Shown: positions 1-14,197 of the stretch, in pieces
Layout: each line of letters opens with the position of its first letter
Numbering within the stretch: the stretch's first letter is position 1
Origin: Eledone cirrhosa
Taxonomy: Eukaryota
DNA: 64,000 nt
Direction: 5' to 3'
Assembly: GCA_964016885.1 (NCBI GenBank)
Contig: OZ024740.1
Location: 380,432,001 to 380,496,000, forward strand
Program-made: the position numbers and the translations under genes
Notes under the pieces: generated by a model
Database searches by the model: none
Seen by the model: only the letters and a program-made list of their open reading frames with translations
Told to the model about the DNA's origin: nothing

Positions 1-276
1 TACAAACATAATGCTGATGCAATTCTAGAGTGAAATTCTTTCACATAGCAATAATTATTATAGGTTCGTATCGAGTTAGTTTAACTGTAAAACTATTAAA
101 TTTCATCATTAGCCTTATTTACGTTTTAGCCTATTGGTAGTTCGGTTACCTTTCTGTTTAACTACAAAAAAATAAATGATTTTAACGTTAGTAAATTATT
201 AACTGAACATTACACGTGTTACGGAGAAAGTAAGAACGTGAACGTATGAAAACCTAGCAACAACAACAGCGGTATC

Positions 277-338
<62 letters not shown>
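277..338. repeat. (GTA)n trinucleotide microsatellite
   Basis: Run of gtagtagta...; explains the poly-Thr ORF 219..569. Confidence 0.95.
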
Positions 339-339
<1 letters not shown>

Positions 340-3300
340 CTTATTGGTGAGTCAACGGATATTGCAATTAATAAATACATATTTATAGAGGGGAGCTTTT
401 TTTTTTCCTTTTGGCTATGAAAATTGCTTTTTAAAGCTTTTCTCTTGTTACATCCATTGCTCAGTCTCTTTAATACATTGTTGAATAAGTTAAGCGAACA
501 TGATATAAATCTAAATAACTGTGTTGGCTGCCTTTGTGATAGGATGTAAGTCCAATGTAAAGGAAGCATTGATAAATAACATGTAAATGACGTGTGTATG
601 TTATTCTTTAGTCATGTCTACTCAGCATACGTTTGAAAATCTTTCGACTTTGTTTTTTTAATAGGGATTTTGGAAGAATACAAATATATATTAGAATCAT
701 TAAATTCAGATGAAGTTTAACAAGTACCATAACTATTTCAGAAAGTTAATATTACTAGATAGCTTGTTAGAAGAAATATTATGCTTAATAATCTATCAAT
801 CTGGCAAGAATAAAAATATTATTTTGCAGCTATAAAAATATCTGGTCCAACAGATCAAAAAACAGAATATTGGAGGAAATACCCTATAATTAAATATCGT
901 GTTTGCTATACCTATTGTACAAGATTTTGACTCTGTCAAAGCAATGTTTCAGTCATCTAACAATGACCATTATGGAATGTATATAGCTTTAGAGACATTT
1001 ATAAAATCTCTGTAAAATTTGTTTTATAATATTCATGGCTCTGAAAACACTATTTAAAAGATCGAATTTGGAGTCAAATTTAATAATCACCCAATTGATT
1101 ACTAAAGGAATCGCCATATGAGGGAGAGAAAAAGTAAAGTTCTTATCAACAGAAGATACTTTGAATTCATTATTGAAGCGCAGACCAATTGCGCTCCAGA
1201 TTATGTAATTTATGTATTCACAAGTTTTCCTTTGTTTAACACTTCCATAGTATTGAATCAGGGAGGAGTTTTCAAATTTACCCACCTCACTTTAGCTGAA
1301 AAAGATTTTTTTTTAAATTGAACAGCAATATATGAAATTTTGTGTGGCAGACAAGAAAATTCCCTCGAAAATAATGAAAGCAATAACATTTTGGCATAGA
1401 ATATATATCATCATAAACATAAACAATAAACAACATATGCTCTTAGTTATTTAGTAACTCCAAAAAGTAATGTTATTGTATAAAGAATATTATCATGTGT
1501 TAATATAGTTAAAACAAAGAAATGAACAGAATCTAATTAATCTTTTAGTCTCGGTATATTAGAATCCCAGATATCTCATTGAAAATGCTGAATATCATTA
1601 GTAGACTGCTAAATGATTTCAAGCTAGGCCTCATTTACAGGTTCAGAAAGTCGTCTACATTAATTGTAACACATAAATACATAAGGATGTTCCTTTAGGC
1701 CTTTTAAATATAAGATTACTTGAAATAAGGTGACTTTGTTGTAGTAATAATTTTAGCATCTGACCATTTGGAGCAATATTTTGCTTGTTTTAATCCAGCA
1801 GATATTTATGCAACTACCTGGAAACTCTGTGGGTGAAGTTTTTATTTAAGGGTCTGGCTGGAGTTTTCATAATAGCATACAGTTTCAGAGAGATAATGGC
1901 ATAGCATTTCAGAAAGAAGAGACCAAAGTATTACACAGCATGCAAGTGGTGATGTAGTTTATTGATGAATAAATACATATTCTAACTATCGAAAAGTTTT
2001 CTATTATGTAGGCTAGAATATATTAAAATATGTATGTGTGGCAACTGCATTTTTCCAGATATGTGAACAGTTATTGTTGGTTTGTCCTTATTCAACCCCA
2101 CGTTTGATCATACGTGGTATAGCTATCGTCATTTCCAACCTTCTTTTGGATAATGCTTATCAAGGACTATACTGTTTCATATATCATATCCTTTTAAGAA
2201 TGGAAGGCGTGATTTGAGGAAGATACGGCTGCTATTTCAAGCAGATCGAGTCACACTCAGTGTGAACAGTAAGAGTATCCATATGTCCTGTAGGGTTGTC
2301 GATTTAAAATCAACGACTATGTTGCGAACATACATGAGAAAATTAAAATGTCTATTTTCCACTTCTACTTAACCGTCTTCTCTTTATCCTCTTCATTTTC
2401 CTATCGTCATCCTCTTGGAATAAAGCCCAATAAAAACGAGCACTGGCCTTGCCAATGCGTTAGATACAACTTATCGTTCTTTGCTATCGATGTAACTATA
2501 GAAAAGTACAGATACTGATATATCCTATTGACCAGAAAGATTTGCATATACTACACCTTATTTCAAAAAGTACTAAAAGAAACAACAAAATAAAATGTCA
2601 CTCATCCACGCAAACCTTTCAAACCGACCAACGTCTGCAACAATTCCCCAGAATTTGGTTAATTCAACTAAACAATTGAAGGATAGATTTTTAAAACGCT
2701 GTGTTTAAATTAGTTAGACATCACCTTACTCAGGCGGCTTGCTCTAAAACATGTATACGTTATTGCAATGTATTTTATACTATGATATTGTTAAAAGGAT
2801 TTTCATATTTTCATAGCTTTAGAAGCTGCTTGACCCAAGAGGCTCTTGTACTTTTAATGTAATCTTCAGGAAGAATGAGTGTGGGTGGCTGTATGTGTGA
2901 CAAGGCTGACAATTTGAATTAAAGATGTAATTATAGGTGTTAGGTGTAGTTAAATCCAACGAGATTCTTTACAGCTTCCATTAACCCAGTTTCACTAACA
3001 AGGCTTGTGTTGACTCTAAAATCTTTGGGAAGACTTACTTATGTATAGGTTTCCAGGAAATGAGAATATTTCCTAGAATTCTTGACTGTGTGTTTTCTCT
3101 AAGAGCAGGGACACAGAATTGTAGAAATACCTGTTTGTACGTATGTATGTACACATATGCGTTCTATTACTTAGTTCTAAAGCCTATAGTATTTGAATGA
3201 TTCTGTGTTGCTATGTAACTGTGATGTATATAGCTATATTTCTGTTGTATTTGAGTTTGCATATAATTGATTTCATCTTTTCGTAAGGCACGTAGCTCTA

Positions 3301-4369
3301 TCAATAATTTATAAATGCCTAAGAATTTTTGTTTAAATAGTCTAAAGAAACCATTTCCTTAGCAATTTTTATTTTCAATGAATCACAAGATAAAACTGAA
3401 CAAAACAAGTATCACTTATACTTTCTGTAGTTAAATATGTTGTATTGTGCAAAATGATGTCGATGGAGACCATATTGAAAATGGTTTACTGCGACGACTA
3501 CATGATATAAAAGGTGAAGATATCACTGCTGATAAAATATTCGAATATTATAGACAATTCATAGAAATCTTATTTCTACATTTGAGATCTGAGTGTGTAA
3601 CGATCTCACTTTCAATTTTTCTTGTACAATAAGGAGCCAAAGAAATAGCCGATGTGAGGTTTTTCGACATCCTAGAAATATTAGCCAAATCACTCTTAAA
3701 TATTTCCTTTTGATGGAATGGGTGGGTTGGATTTCAGTTTCTAATATGCGTACTGCCTTGGTTATCTGCCTCAATGTCGGATTGTGTTGCTGTGCGGAAA
3801 TATTATATATTTCGACGTTGTTTAGCTATAAGATGGCTGTATTTATGACGTGTTCGTAGAATATAGATACCAATCTTATACTCCACTAAGATTAACTTCG
3901 CTTCACTTTAAGTAATTTCAATTATTTTCACTTTCAACTTATTAAATTATTTCACTTCCACTCCATTCATGTTTAATCACGTTTTTAATAACTTTTTACA
4001 TTTTATAATCTTTCGAAATTCTTCGAAATTCTATATACCATAAATTTATAATTTTCTTATAATATTGTCTCTATTGCATATTTTTATCATCAATTTCTCG
4101 TCAGATACAAAATATATATTTTTGTCATTTACATAACCTTAAAACATTTATCGGCTATCACAATAGATTCTTTATCAATCGCCCAGCCACCTGAAAATAC
4201 TGCTACATTACCTTTAATTACATATGTCAATCGTCAATTTTTTTTACTATGCAAGTAACACTCAAATTTTGATATTCAAATTTCACACAAACGCCCATAC
4301 AGGGACTCTACGCGCACAGACATACACTCCGTCCCAACACACACAATAGTTTTTCAAAACCTAAAATCA

Positions 4370-6039
4370 CAGACATAGAAAGTGGGCAGTCTGCTATTTC
4401 TAGTGATGTAATTGGACTTAAATTTATTTGGGAGTTGTCTTCTACTACAGATGTCGAACCAGATGGAATTGGCCTGTTTTTCGATCTGGGCTGCAGTTAT
4501 GTCCAGGACCTCTGTATGCAGTTTGTTGTCGCTTAAATGTTCAAAAGCTAGATTGCTGTATGTGCCTTGAGAGATGACATAAAACTCTTTCCCTTTGTCG
4601 GATAGTAAGTAGATGAGTTCCCTTTTCCGCAGGTTCTTCAGGGCGAGTTGTTGCGTCCTGGAGAGGTTTGAGGCTATCTTCCTCTGTTTCCGTAAGATAT
4701 TAGACACGGAATCTTTTAGTCTCGAGAGTTTTTCTTCTAGTTCGCGGTTGGCAGGTGGTAGACAGAGTGGGCAGTCCAGTTGGTATATCAGGAATCTGGT
4801 TGCGTTAGGTTCCATGGTGCTGTTGCCATGGGTCGATATCCATTTTAGTTGGTAGGCGGACCGACAGAAATTCGTTTCTATGTCGAGCCATAATTTGCCG
4901 TTCAGTCTCTGTTTTAATATGAACTTGGGACCCAGGCTGAGGAGGTCTAGTTCATCTCGTGAGAGGGATCCTGTCAGGTCTGTGATGAGGTGTTTTGTGT
5001 CAGGTGTGTTGTTGGTCGGGGCGCCGCTACGTTCGATGTTGGTACCGTCTAGTTTACCTCTGTTAGTGCTTAGAGTTGGGTTGTTGTTAGGACGGTCAGC
5101 CGTGCTGAGTTTGAAGAATTTTTGCTTTGAGTGTTTTTCGCCGGGATTACGAGGACTTGTCTATAGCGGCGGAAATTACTCTGAGCAGAGGTTCTGGGGT
5201 TTCAGCGAGTTGCGGTACTAGGCTGGAAATTGTCCGTATGTGTTGTTGTAGCGTGTGTATAGGTGTTGTAGGAGTTTTCTTAGGCAGAATTTGTGTATGT
5301 AGCTAAGTGATCATTTGAGGCCTGGTGATTTGAAGCATGTTTTGATTGTTTTTGGAATGATGTTGTTATTCAGGCACCGTTTGAGGAAGTTTATTTGGCA
5401 GCCGGCTTTGGCACGCCTCTCAAACAGCTGGAAGTGTTTCTTTACGGTTGTAAACTGGGCCTGGCTCAGGCGTAAGGAAAGAAGGAATTGGTAGTTTACT
5501 GGAAGCATTGTATAGTGAGGTATAAACGTTAGAAGTTAGAGGGCCAGAATAATGTAAATTTGGAGATAGAATATAAATGTGGTACTCCCTACATATTAGA
5601 TCATCTAGCCCTCATATTTACATCTCCACGTATCCTCTCACACTCACACACACACACACGCGCGCATGCTTACACCTTTACGTATTCTCTTACACACACA
5701 CACACACACACACACTTAGACATACATGTCCAAACCCTTTAAAAGGAGACAACTCTTTAACCACTCGACCTGCCCAAACCTTCACTCTTTGACATTAGAA
5801 GTAGAATAGAATTTTATACTACTTCCAGTCAACTCACTTCGGACACTGAATTAACCCCTTTACTTTCCTCAGACGAAGAGATAGTATCTCGAAATATCAG
5901 GATATATGAATAAATTAAGGTAAAAGACTAATTGTCAGCGCTTTTACATTTATATTCTCCAAACCTGCATAGTTCTGGCCTTCTAACTTCTAACATTTAT
6001 ACCTCACTATACAATGCTTCAAGTAAGCTACCAATTCCT

Positions 6040-6041
<2 letters not shown>
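4370..6041 (-). mobile_element. Penelope-like element fragment (N-terminal ORF region, broken, truncated before the RT core) with inverted pseudo-LTR piece
   Basis: Minus-strand ORFs 5311..5508 (INFLKRCLNNNIIPK) and 4354..4815 (NLSRTQQLALKNL...LSDKGKEFYVI..Y...LPTFY) match the PLE N-terminal FLxxC/IP and NL..AL..L..DKG..V..Y motifs. 5481-5580 is inverted-repeated at 5947-6041 and ends at a (CT)n(TA)n tract. Confidence 0.75.
5866..5903 (+). ncRNA. Degenerate hammerhead-like motif (CAGACGA core) in the PLE pseudo-LTR
   Basis: tcct CAGACGA a gagat agt atctc GAAA ta TC agga; stem III/stem I assignment is ambiguous. Confidence 0.4.
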
Positions 6042-6115
<74 letters not shown>

Positions 6116-6312
6116 TATATTCTTACGGTAAACATTGATGTAATTCAATTAAAGCACTCGTCGCATTGTTTCCATATAGGAAAAACGGAGTATATTTACA
6201 ATAAGAAAATGCGAAGTAAAAAAATGTGAACATCTGAAACTACTTCGCATTTTCTTATTCTATATATATATACATGTGTGCGTGTAAGTCTGTGTGTTTT
6301 TGTGTGTGTATG

Positions 6313-6438
<126 letters not shown>

Positions 6439-6480
6439 TCAGTGTGTCCTATACTACACTACTTATTTTTCATTTCTTAG

Positions 6481-6617
6481 GAAATCAACATGAATTTTCT
6501 GAAGTACAAATTCTTCATCACGTTCCATATTCTTCGGAATTTGGTGCTACCTACAGCTTACAATTCTCATTTGATGGTAAAATCTTAGCAGCAGGATTTG
6601 AGAGTGGTGGTATTCAG
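6481..6617 (+). CDS. WD40-repeat protein, internal exon A (GNQHEFSEVQILHHVPYSSEFGATYSLQFSFDGKILAAGFESGGIQ)
   Basis: Acceptor ttttcatttcttAG, donor CAG|GTATGT; WD40 blade signature LQFSFDGKILAAG; ends in phase 0, matching the next exon. Confidence 0.85.
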
Positions 6618-7196
6618 GTATGTATTTTAAATATAAGCATTTTTTATGTCAATTTGCAACATGCTTATTTATTCCATATCACAGATGATGATGAAGATAA
6701 TGATGGGTCCCATCATTATCAGCATCTGTAAGAGATCACGTATCTTTACGAATTATATTATTGTGCCGTGCTAGATTAATATCCACAAACTGGCGAAAAG
6801 ATTCCTAATTAATTGCTAAAGCTGTTAATAGAGATATAAAGATCATAAAATTTATTTAACGTAAAGAATAATTTCTCCAATATTTCGATTTTAGTAAAAT
6901 TTTATCTTGTACAGAAAATGCTGAAATGGACAAAATGTAAATCACATTAAAACCGTTATGAAATTTACAGATTCAGGCTGTAGGGCAAGAGCGCGTGGTC
7001 TATAATATTCAAAGCATGCAATAAAGTTGTGAGCATTATTTGCTAAGCATAGCAGAGATAGTTCCCTCAAATTATACAGGAGGCACAGTCTAAAGAAAAG
7101 ACGATATGGTCATAGTAGTAACTCTATTGACTATATGTCAGATGATTAGAGCTGATTTGAGAGCAATATAAAAACTTCAACAGTTTATTATTTATA

Positions 7197-7382
7197 GGTG
7201 GCTTGGCAGTATTGGTAGAGGGCCGGACGCCATGCTTTGACGCATAGAGTTACAGCCCTTGCCATTCTGAGTTCAAATCCCGCCCAGGTTAACTTTGCCT
7301 TTCATCCTTACGGGGTCGATAAAATAAAGTACCAGTAATACACTGGGTAATTGCTGGCCTTGTGCCTAACGTAGAAACAATT
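7197..7382 (+). mobile_element. tRNA-derived SINE with Nin-type central domain
   Basis: A box TGGCAGTATTGG, B box GAGTTCAAATC, then GCCTTTCATCCTTACGGGGTCGATAAAATAAAGTACCAG. Confidence 0.85.
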
Positions 7383-7389
7383 ATTTATA

Positions 7390-7575
7390 GGTGGATTGGC
7401 AGTATCGGTAGAGGGTCGGACGCCATGCTTTGAAGCATAGAGTTACGGCCCTTGCCATTCTGAGTTCAAATCCCGCCGAGGTTAACTTTGCCTTTCATCC
7501 TTACGGGGTCGATAAAATAAAGTACCAGTAATGTACTGGGTAATTGCTGGCCTTGTTCCAAAAGTAGAAACAATT
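7390..7575 (+). mobile_element. tRNA-derived Nin-domain SINE (tandem second copy)
   Basis: Near-identical to 7197-7382, same A/B boxes and core. Confidence 0.85.
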
Positions 7576-7679
7576 ATTTATAGTTTCCTACACACTGCAA
7601 AGAAATGAAATATTAATCCGTTTAGCTGAAAATCCGGCATCATTTCCCTAGCTAACTTATGGAACGTTCCAAATTAATA

Positions 7680-7880
7680 AAATTGTTAGTGTCGAGAAAA
7701 ATGCCTTGTAGTATTTAGTTATGGCTTTTTTATATTCTGAATTCAAATTTTACCCGGATCAATTTTTCATCCTTCTGGGGGCCAATAAAATAAGGTACCA
7801 ATGAAGTGCTGGTGTTGATTTAACCGACTGTCTTACTCACCCCTATATGAGAGACATTGTGTATCTATAAGAAATCAATA
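7680..7880 (+). mobile_element. Old degenerate SINE copy
   Basis: ttctgaattcaaat...tttcatccttctgggggccaataaaataaggtacca resembles the SINE B box plus core. Confidence 0.55.
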
Positions 7881-8594
7881 TTGATTTCTAAGCTAAGTGC
7901 CGTTAAGTTATAGGTAATGAATGCTACCTCGCCGAGCCGATTTCCTTCTGCTGTTACACTGACATTCTCCTTAACCTCCCATTTTCTCCTCTTCTTCCAA
8001 AATTTAATTTAAAACAAAAACTTTAATTTAAGTCGAAAGAGACCTATTATAAACATTGCACTTCTCTTACTCGCTAATTCTCCGGTAACTCTTAGAAATC
8101 ACCCAACACATCTCCTGTATCACCGTCCTTAAACATTTATTGTTATGTAATACATCAATATGAATGGCCAGTACAGCAGAATACAGGTGGGAACTCGTCC
8201 AACTGAATTAAGTTCCATTTCCAGTTGTATCTATTTCACTTCACTCGATGAAAAAATAAGTATCACTATCTTATTCATAACTCTCCTATTTTCGAGGGGA
8301 TTATCATATCTTTAGAGAGTGGCAAAATACCTTCTACTATATAGTTATGACACTTTGTTTTCGGTCCAAATCCTAGTTTAGCCTTGCTTTTCATCCTTCC
8401 GGGTTCTATAAAATTCAATACTAATCGAGTACGAAATGTATTTGTATTCCGAATTCTGAATTAAAATTGTACAAACCTTATGTTATATTCTAGAGTTTGA
8501 TTGTGACAGATTGACAGTAAATCAAATACAATTGTTATGGTATTTAATTGCAATACAAAATATTCAGTAGTAAAAAAAAAACTGTACAATATAC

Positions 8595-8870
8595 ATGACA
8601 ATAAGGAAACAAAAAAAAGGAAAATACGGATAATAGTAAGAAAAACAGCGGAATTATGCAACGAAAGAAAGGAAGAGGGCGTGACAGGCTCTACACCCCC
8701 AATCTGAGCGCTGTTTTAGCTACCATTTAATCAGCGAGGCGCAGCTGAAACATCCCTCAGACAGGGGTGTAAAGCTTATCTCCCCTCCTCTTCTTCCTTT
8801 CTTTCAATGCTTAATTCCCTTTTTTTTTTCTTACTTTTTTATTTCCCTCTCTTTTTTCATTTGTATTCCT
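8595..8870. repeat. Imperfect long palindrome (MITE-like)
   Basis: gaaagaaaggaag...gctctacacccc..tctgag..tgttttagct mirrors agctgaaaca..ctcaga..ggggtgtaaagc...cttcctttctttc. Confidence 0.6.
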
Positions 8871-9622
8871 ATAATGGATGTTAGAGGTGAATGGAATTAT
8901 AATAGAAGACAAGACCGTGTTAAAATTAGTAATCATAACAAATTTATTTCTGATATCACAACTTAATACGAGTTACATGAGATATGTGATGTAGTTATTT
9001 CTGGGAAAAATATATTTTATTAATTAATTGCTGAATAGTTATGAAATTATCGATTAAATGAAGCGAAAGTAATTTTCTTCTTTCAGACATTAGCTGTGAA
9101 CACAGAAAATATTTGAATAGCTGACATGACATTAGTTAGTTTACACTGGAAATTTTGATTATTGATTCATTGATTTAGAAAGTATTATGAGACAGATGGC
9201 ATGACATCAGTTAGTTAATAGTGGAAATTACATTGATTACTTAGCCAGAGATAAGTTTAAGGAACCCAATGCAAGAAATGTTATCTGATATAAATACAAA
9301 TTACCACGTACAAGGTTTCGACTTGAACTTTTCTATATTTGTTAGAGTAACTGAGCTCTTTTTTGCTCTTTAGGAGGAAGGGCAACGCACATAAACCTTT
9401 AATATTTCAGGGACTCCGAGACTGATGAGGAAAATAAGGAGGTTATCCTCAAACCGGAGAACTGTCTTGAACGCTTAAGACTATGCGAACTCAGCTAAAA
9501 GCCCCCACAGTGCTAAATGAGGTGCTAAACCGGGTGACAAATTAGGTCTATCATTTCTAAAACATAGGCCGCAAATGCCAGAACAAATACACAAGGCATC
9601 TCATTCGTCGTTCGAACGAAAA

Positions 9623-9726
9623 GCAAAGTTAACTTCGGCGAGATTTGAACTTAGAGCGCAGGTAACCGGAAAAAATACTGCAATGTACTTTGTCCTACGG
9701 CCTAACGATTCTGCTAGTTCACCGAC
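9623..9726 (-). mobile_element. SINE 5' part (diverged)
   Basis: Reverse complement of the tRNA head: gcaaagttaacttcggcgagatttgaact...ctaacgattctgcta. Confidence 0.65.
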
Positions 9727-10228
9727 TAAGACGTAATAACGTTTAATAATCCGTAGTTCATATTTTGATAACAGAATTCAATGATCCTCTTTGTTCATGC
9801 CGAACTTTCAAGTGATGAATGTATTTTGTGGTACTGCAAAGAGTCTTTTTTTGTCTTAAATCTACTAACTACTAGATTTATAATGCGAAAGTGCTTTAGC
9901 AATCTATATTTTCGAGCACCAAAATGTCCAAACTAAAAACAAATGCTTAATCAATTAGTCTGTATGCAATGATAAATCTAATTCCTTAACTAAAAAATTA
10001 TAACTTTGACATATGTATATATTCATACTGATACCTCTAACGATAAACTTTGTATAGATAAAATTATTTGATAGCATTATTTGTTCGTGCAGAGAGCAAA
10101 GTCCGTGAAATCATTTGTGTAAATAGAAAAGTAAGAAGTCTGAGTGTTAAGGATGAAACCTTTATTTCTAATATTTTTAATAGGTAGTGGAGAATGTTGA
10201 GAGATTAAAGCACTGACTGTAGAGCTTT

Positions 10229-10508
10229 TAACTTTGCCTTTCATCCTTACGGGGTCGATAAAATAAAGTACCAGTAATACACTGGGTAGTTGCTGGCCTT
10301 GTGCCAAAAATAGAAACTATTAGGGCGATGGATTGGCAGTATCGGTAGAGGGTCGGACGCCATGCTTTCCAGCATAGTTACGTCCCTTTACGATCTGAGT
10401 TCAAATCCCGCCGAGGTTGACTTTGCCTTTCAGCCTTACGGGGTCGATAAAATAAAGTACCAGTAATGCACTGGGTAATTGCTGGCCTTGTGCCTAAAGT
10501 AGAAACAT
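10229..10508 (+). mobile_element. Two tandem Nin-domain SINE copies (3' half, then full copy from about 10323)
   Basis: Core GCCTTTCA(T/G)CCTTACGGGGTCGATAAAATAAAGTACCAG occurs twice; A/B boxes present in the second copy. Confidence 0.85.
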
Positions 10509-10986
10509 TTAATATATATAACTAAATATGAACAAATATGTTGTTGTAAAGTGGGGTCAGAGCTTCGCTCTAACTTACATTATGTCTCACTAATTGATCT
10601 TGTCCAGAATGGGGTATATATCCTTGAGTGCCCTACCCACCAAAACCTCTGACCAGAATCTATAAACATATAACCTGAGCGCCAGTGGCGAGAACACGAC
10701 CAGTCTCGCCGACTGTCCGAAAAGCAAGACGTACACCATACTGGTCTTGCTTCCGTTTACGTGATGTCACTCACCCTTCTGCTTCTGACAAGGACCTCCA
10801 GTCCAATGAGGTCACTGACCCTTAAATTTAGACAAGGTCCCCAGACCCACATATGTAAAATGGAGCATATCAATATGTTTATTTAGTATTGTTGTGAATT
10901 TAGGTAAAGTGTGACTTTATATTACTACACTAGCTAAATAATTAAATGTCAGTTTTAATTTAATTAGTCAGTTATAATAATAATAA

Positions 10987-11195
10987 TAGTTTCTAGTATA
11001 GGCACAAGGCCAGCAATATTTGGGGGAGGGGAAAACCGATTAAATCGACCCCAGTACGTTACTAGTGCTTTATTTTATCGACCCCGTAAGGATGAAAGGC
11101 AAAGTTAACCTCGGCGGGATTTGAACTCAGACCGTAAAGGACCTTAACTCTATGCTGTAAAGCATGCCCGACTCTACCGATACTTCCAATCCACC
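10987..11195 (-). mobile_element. tRNA-derived Nin-domain SINE
   Basis: Reverse complement of the same family (tttattttatcgaccccgtaaggatgaaaggc...gatttgaactc). Confidence 0.85.
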
Positions 11196-11417
11196 ATAAC
11201 AATAATTAATAATTAGCAAAATAAGCCGATTATATCTACTCCATGCAAAAATTGACATTTTGTGTAATAAGAAATTGTCGTGTCATTTGAAAATGAAGTA
11301 GTTATTCAGTGAAGATGAATTGAAAAAAAGGTGTTGCAGAGTGATGCGATTTTGTGTGGTTGAATGGTCATTTCTTTAAGTTTTATTCACATTCTTCATA
11401 ACGGTTGTTTATTTCAG

Positions 11418-11598
11418 CTTTATTCTACTGAAACAGGTTTTTTAATAAACCAGTTGCGTAATTCACGTCTCTCTAGTGACGCTGTTTTGTGTCTTCGGTT
11501 CAATCCGGAGTTTGACTCTTCAATTCTGGCAACAACAGCCGATGGTCTGGTGATAACTGGAGAGACTGAAGATGGTATTTTGGTGGAAGCTATTGAAG
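11418..11598 (+). CDS. WD40-repeat protein, exon B (LYSTETGFLINQLRNSRLSSDAVLCLRFNPEFDSSILATTADGLVITGETEDGILVEAIE)
   Basis: Acceptor tttatttcAG, donor GAAG|GTTAGT; phase 0 in, phase 1 out; VLCLRFNP WD40 strand pattern. Confidence 0.85.
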
Positions 11599-12879
11599 GT
11601 TAGTTTCATGATGATGCATTTGTGATAAGGATACATGTTGTTTAATCCCAAATCATCCCTAAGTTCGAGAGCTATGATTATTTTTTTCAATGACATTTTA
11701 TTTAGGTCTGTGTTATTTAATGCTTTTTAAAAAGACTTTCGTTTGATTTGAAGCAGACTTTTCTGCTGTTTTTAGCCAGCAAAGGGATCCTGTCGGAGAT
11801 CTCGTGTTGGCTCATGACGTTTTATAAATGTGTACAGTACGAGAAAGCAGATCTAATATTCTTTTGCGGCGCCAACATTAGTAAATACTTTCAAATGCGT
11901 ATTCATTTAATTTATTCATGTTATGTTTTGCCATTAATCATACTTAGCTGTTTAAGAGCTACTAGCATCTTTAATAACAATCGTCTAACTAGAAGTATAA
12001 GCACTGCTCTTTCTAAGAACAAGCAAAATGAACAGCAATGGAGAAGTCACAAACGAAATACCTCTGTTAAATAGTGACATACACAAGGTCTATGATAAAA
12101 GTCAAATAAATTTTTTTCTTTATTTTCTTTAGAACTGTTGATGAAATATAAAAATATGATATCTTAACAAGAACAGATTTTCTTTTACTTCTATTACCAA
12201 AATATGAACGTTAAGGATTGAAGCTTTCTAACCGCTCCCCAATTTTTAGACCTGGGAAGGATTTGAGTGTCTTTAATGAAGTAGATAAATTCAAATGTTC
12301 TTATTATGTCTTATTGTGTCTCCAATCCCCCTCCTCCTTCAGAGAGTACCACCCATAAAATACCACTTCCCTTACTTGCACCTTAGCATTTAGTTGATGG
12401 ACATTGTTATATCTCTTTCCTTACATTAATCAAATTGGCCCTAAAAAAAGTCAAATTATGAAGCTGTGCAGGCATAAATATATGGGGATACATACACTAG
12501 ACAAAAACAGACATTATAAATATATGCCCCGTTCTTTGGTAGAACGAAATTCCTGTTGATGAAATGAGTCCTCTGTTCGATCATGAATACCACGAGCTTG
12601 CCAGTTACGTAAGTCTGATATTTGATTTCGGATTCATAGAAACACTTTAAACGTAAAACGTTTGATTTGTCCAGGTGTATTTTTTCAACCTGTTAGTTCT
12701 TTCGTTACTTTGGTATTGTGTGTTAGATTTTGCCTACCACAATGTTGAATTTGTCAAGCTATTTAAACGTATGTTATTACTCTAAGGACCTACCCTTGTC
12801 GAGTGCTTTGCTAACTCATTCATATCGTAGGTCGAATTTGCTTGCACACCGCCAAAGATTCGATTTTACTAAGCCTCCA

Positions 12880-12973
<94 letters not shown>

Positions 12974-13070
12974 GTCTGTTTTTGTCTAGTGTAATGTATC
13001 CACATATATTTATATATTATCCTTATCGAGCCCCTCTTCGGATTTTAGTCTGAACATTTATTATTATTAC

Positions 13071-13078
<8 letters not shown>

Positions 13079-13146
<68 letters not shown>
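13079..13146. repeat. (GT)n microsatellite followed by a SINE-like B-box fragment
   Basis: TG run, then gaggttgtGAGTTCGATTCc. Confidence 0.8.
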
Positions 13147-13150
<4 letters not shown>

Positions 13151-13288
13151 TGTGAGTTCGATTCCAGAACCGGGCAATGCGTTATATCCTTGATCAAACA
13201 CTTTATTTCATTGATAGATAGTATTAGCAATTGGAAGGACCAATGGGAACATTGTTTCCTTGATCCGATTTGACGAAAGTCGATCGTT

Positions 13289-13348
<60 letters not shown>

Positions 13349-13392
13349 AAGTTAAATAAAAGTCAAATGATTAAAATTTAGCTTCGTTTATT

Positions 13393-13447
13393 ACTGCTAT
13401 ATATATTTCAGTGAAAGCCATCTTTGGCTGTGACCTCTTCAGGTAGT
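13393..13447 (-). ncRNA. Type I hammerhead ribozyme (left arm of inverted repeat)
   Basis: Minus strand: actac CTGAAGA ggtcacagcca aaga tggctttcact GAAA tatata TA gcagt. Confidence 0.7.
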
Positions 13448-13608
13448 TTGAATTAGTGTGGTATAGACAAGTACATATGTTGTTTAGGTGTATAATATTG
13501 GAGTTCCTCAGTGAAATAACAACCCAACAAGGAACTGGGCATATCAGAGTATTGACAATATTATACACCTAAACAACATATGTATTTGTCTATACCACAC
13601 TAATTCAA

Positions 13609-13663
13609 ACTGCCTGAAGACGTCACAGCCAAAGATGGCTGTCACTGAAATATATATAGCAGT
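13609..13663 (+). ncRNA. Type I hammerhead ribozyme
   Basis: actgc CTGAAGA cgtc acagcca aaga tggctgt cact GAAA tatata TA gcagt; stem I actgc/gcagt, palindromic stem III. Confidence 0.8.
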
Positions 13664-13808
13664 AATAAACGAAGCTAAATTTTAATCCTTTGACTTTTAT
13701 TTAACTTTATTTTACACTACTCCGTAGTAACCAAACCAACCTGCGCACTTCGTCGAGTGCTCCAGCCTGCATACTGAGGTGTTGGTATACAACCAACGTA
13801 AACTCAAA

Positions 13809-13901
<93 letters not shown>

Positions 13902-13905
13902 AAAT

Positions 13906-13967
<62 letters not shown>

Positions 13968-13971
13968 AAAT

Positions 13972-14005
<34 letters not shown>

Positions 14006-14057
14006 AATTATATATATATATATATATATACAAATATATATATATATAAATTATATA

Positions 14058-14144
<87 letters not shown>

Positions 14145-14197
14145 AATTAATAAAATAATGAATAAACAAAGAAAGAGTTCATTATATTAAAAATAAT

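Noticed and set aside
252-261. CCTAGCAAC RFX X-box half-site suggesting a ciliary-gene promoter
   Set aside because: Half-site only, with no evidence of a transcription start.
3431-3513. Possible upstream WD40 exon (ORF 3447..3632)
   Set aside because: Donor phase fits, but there is an in-frame TAA at 3432 and no in-frame ATG; not supportable without RNA data.
7197-7300. tRNA genes
   Set aside because: A/B boxes belong to SINE heads; no full cloverleaf.
9415-9470. CTGATGA...tcAAAccgg hammerhead-like relic
   Set aside because: Lacks the G of GAAA and the UH site.
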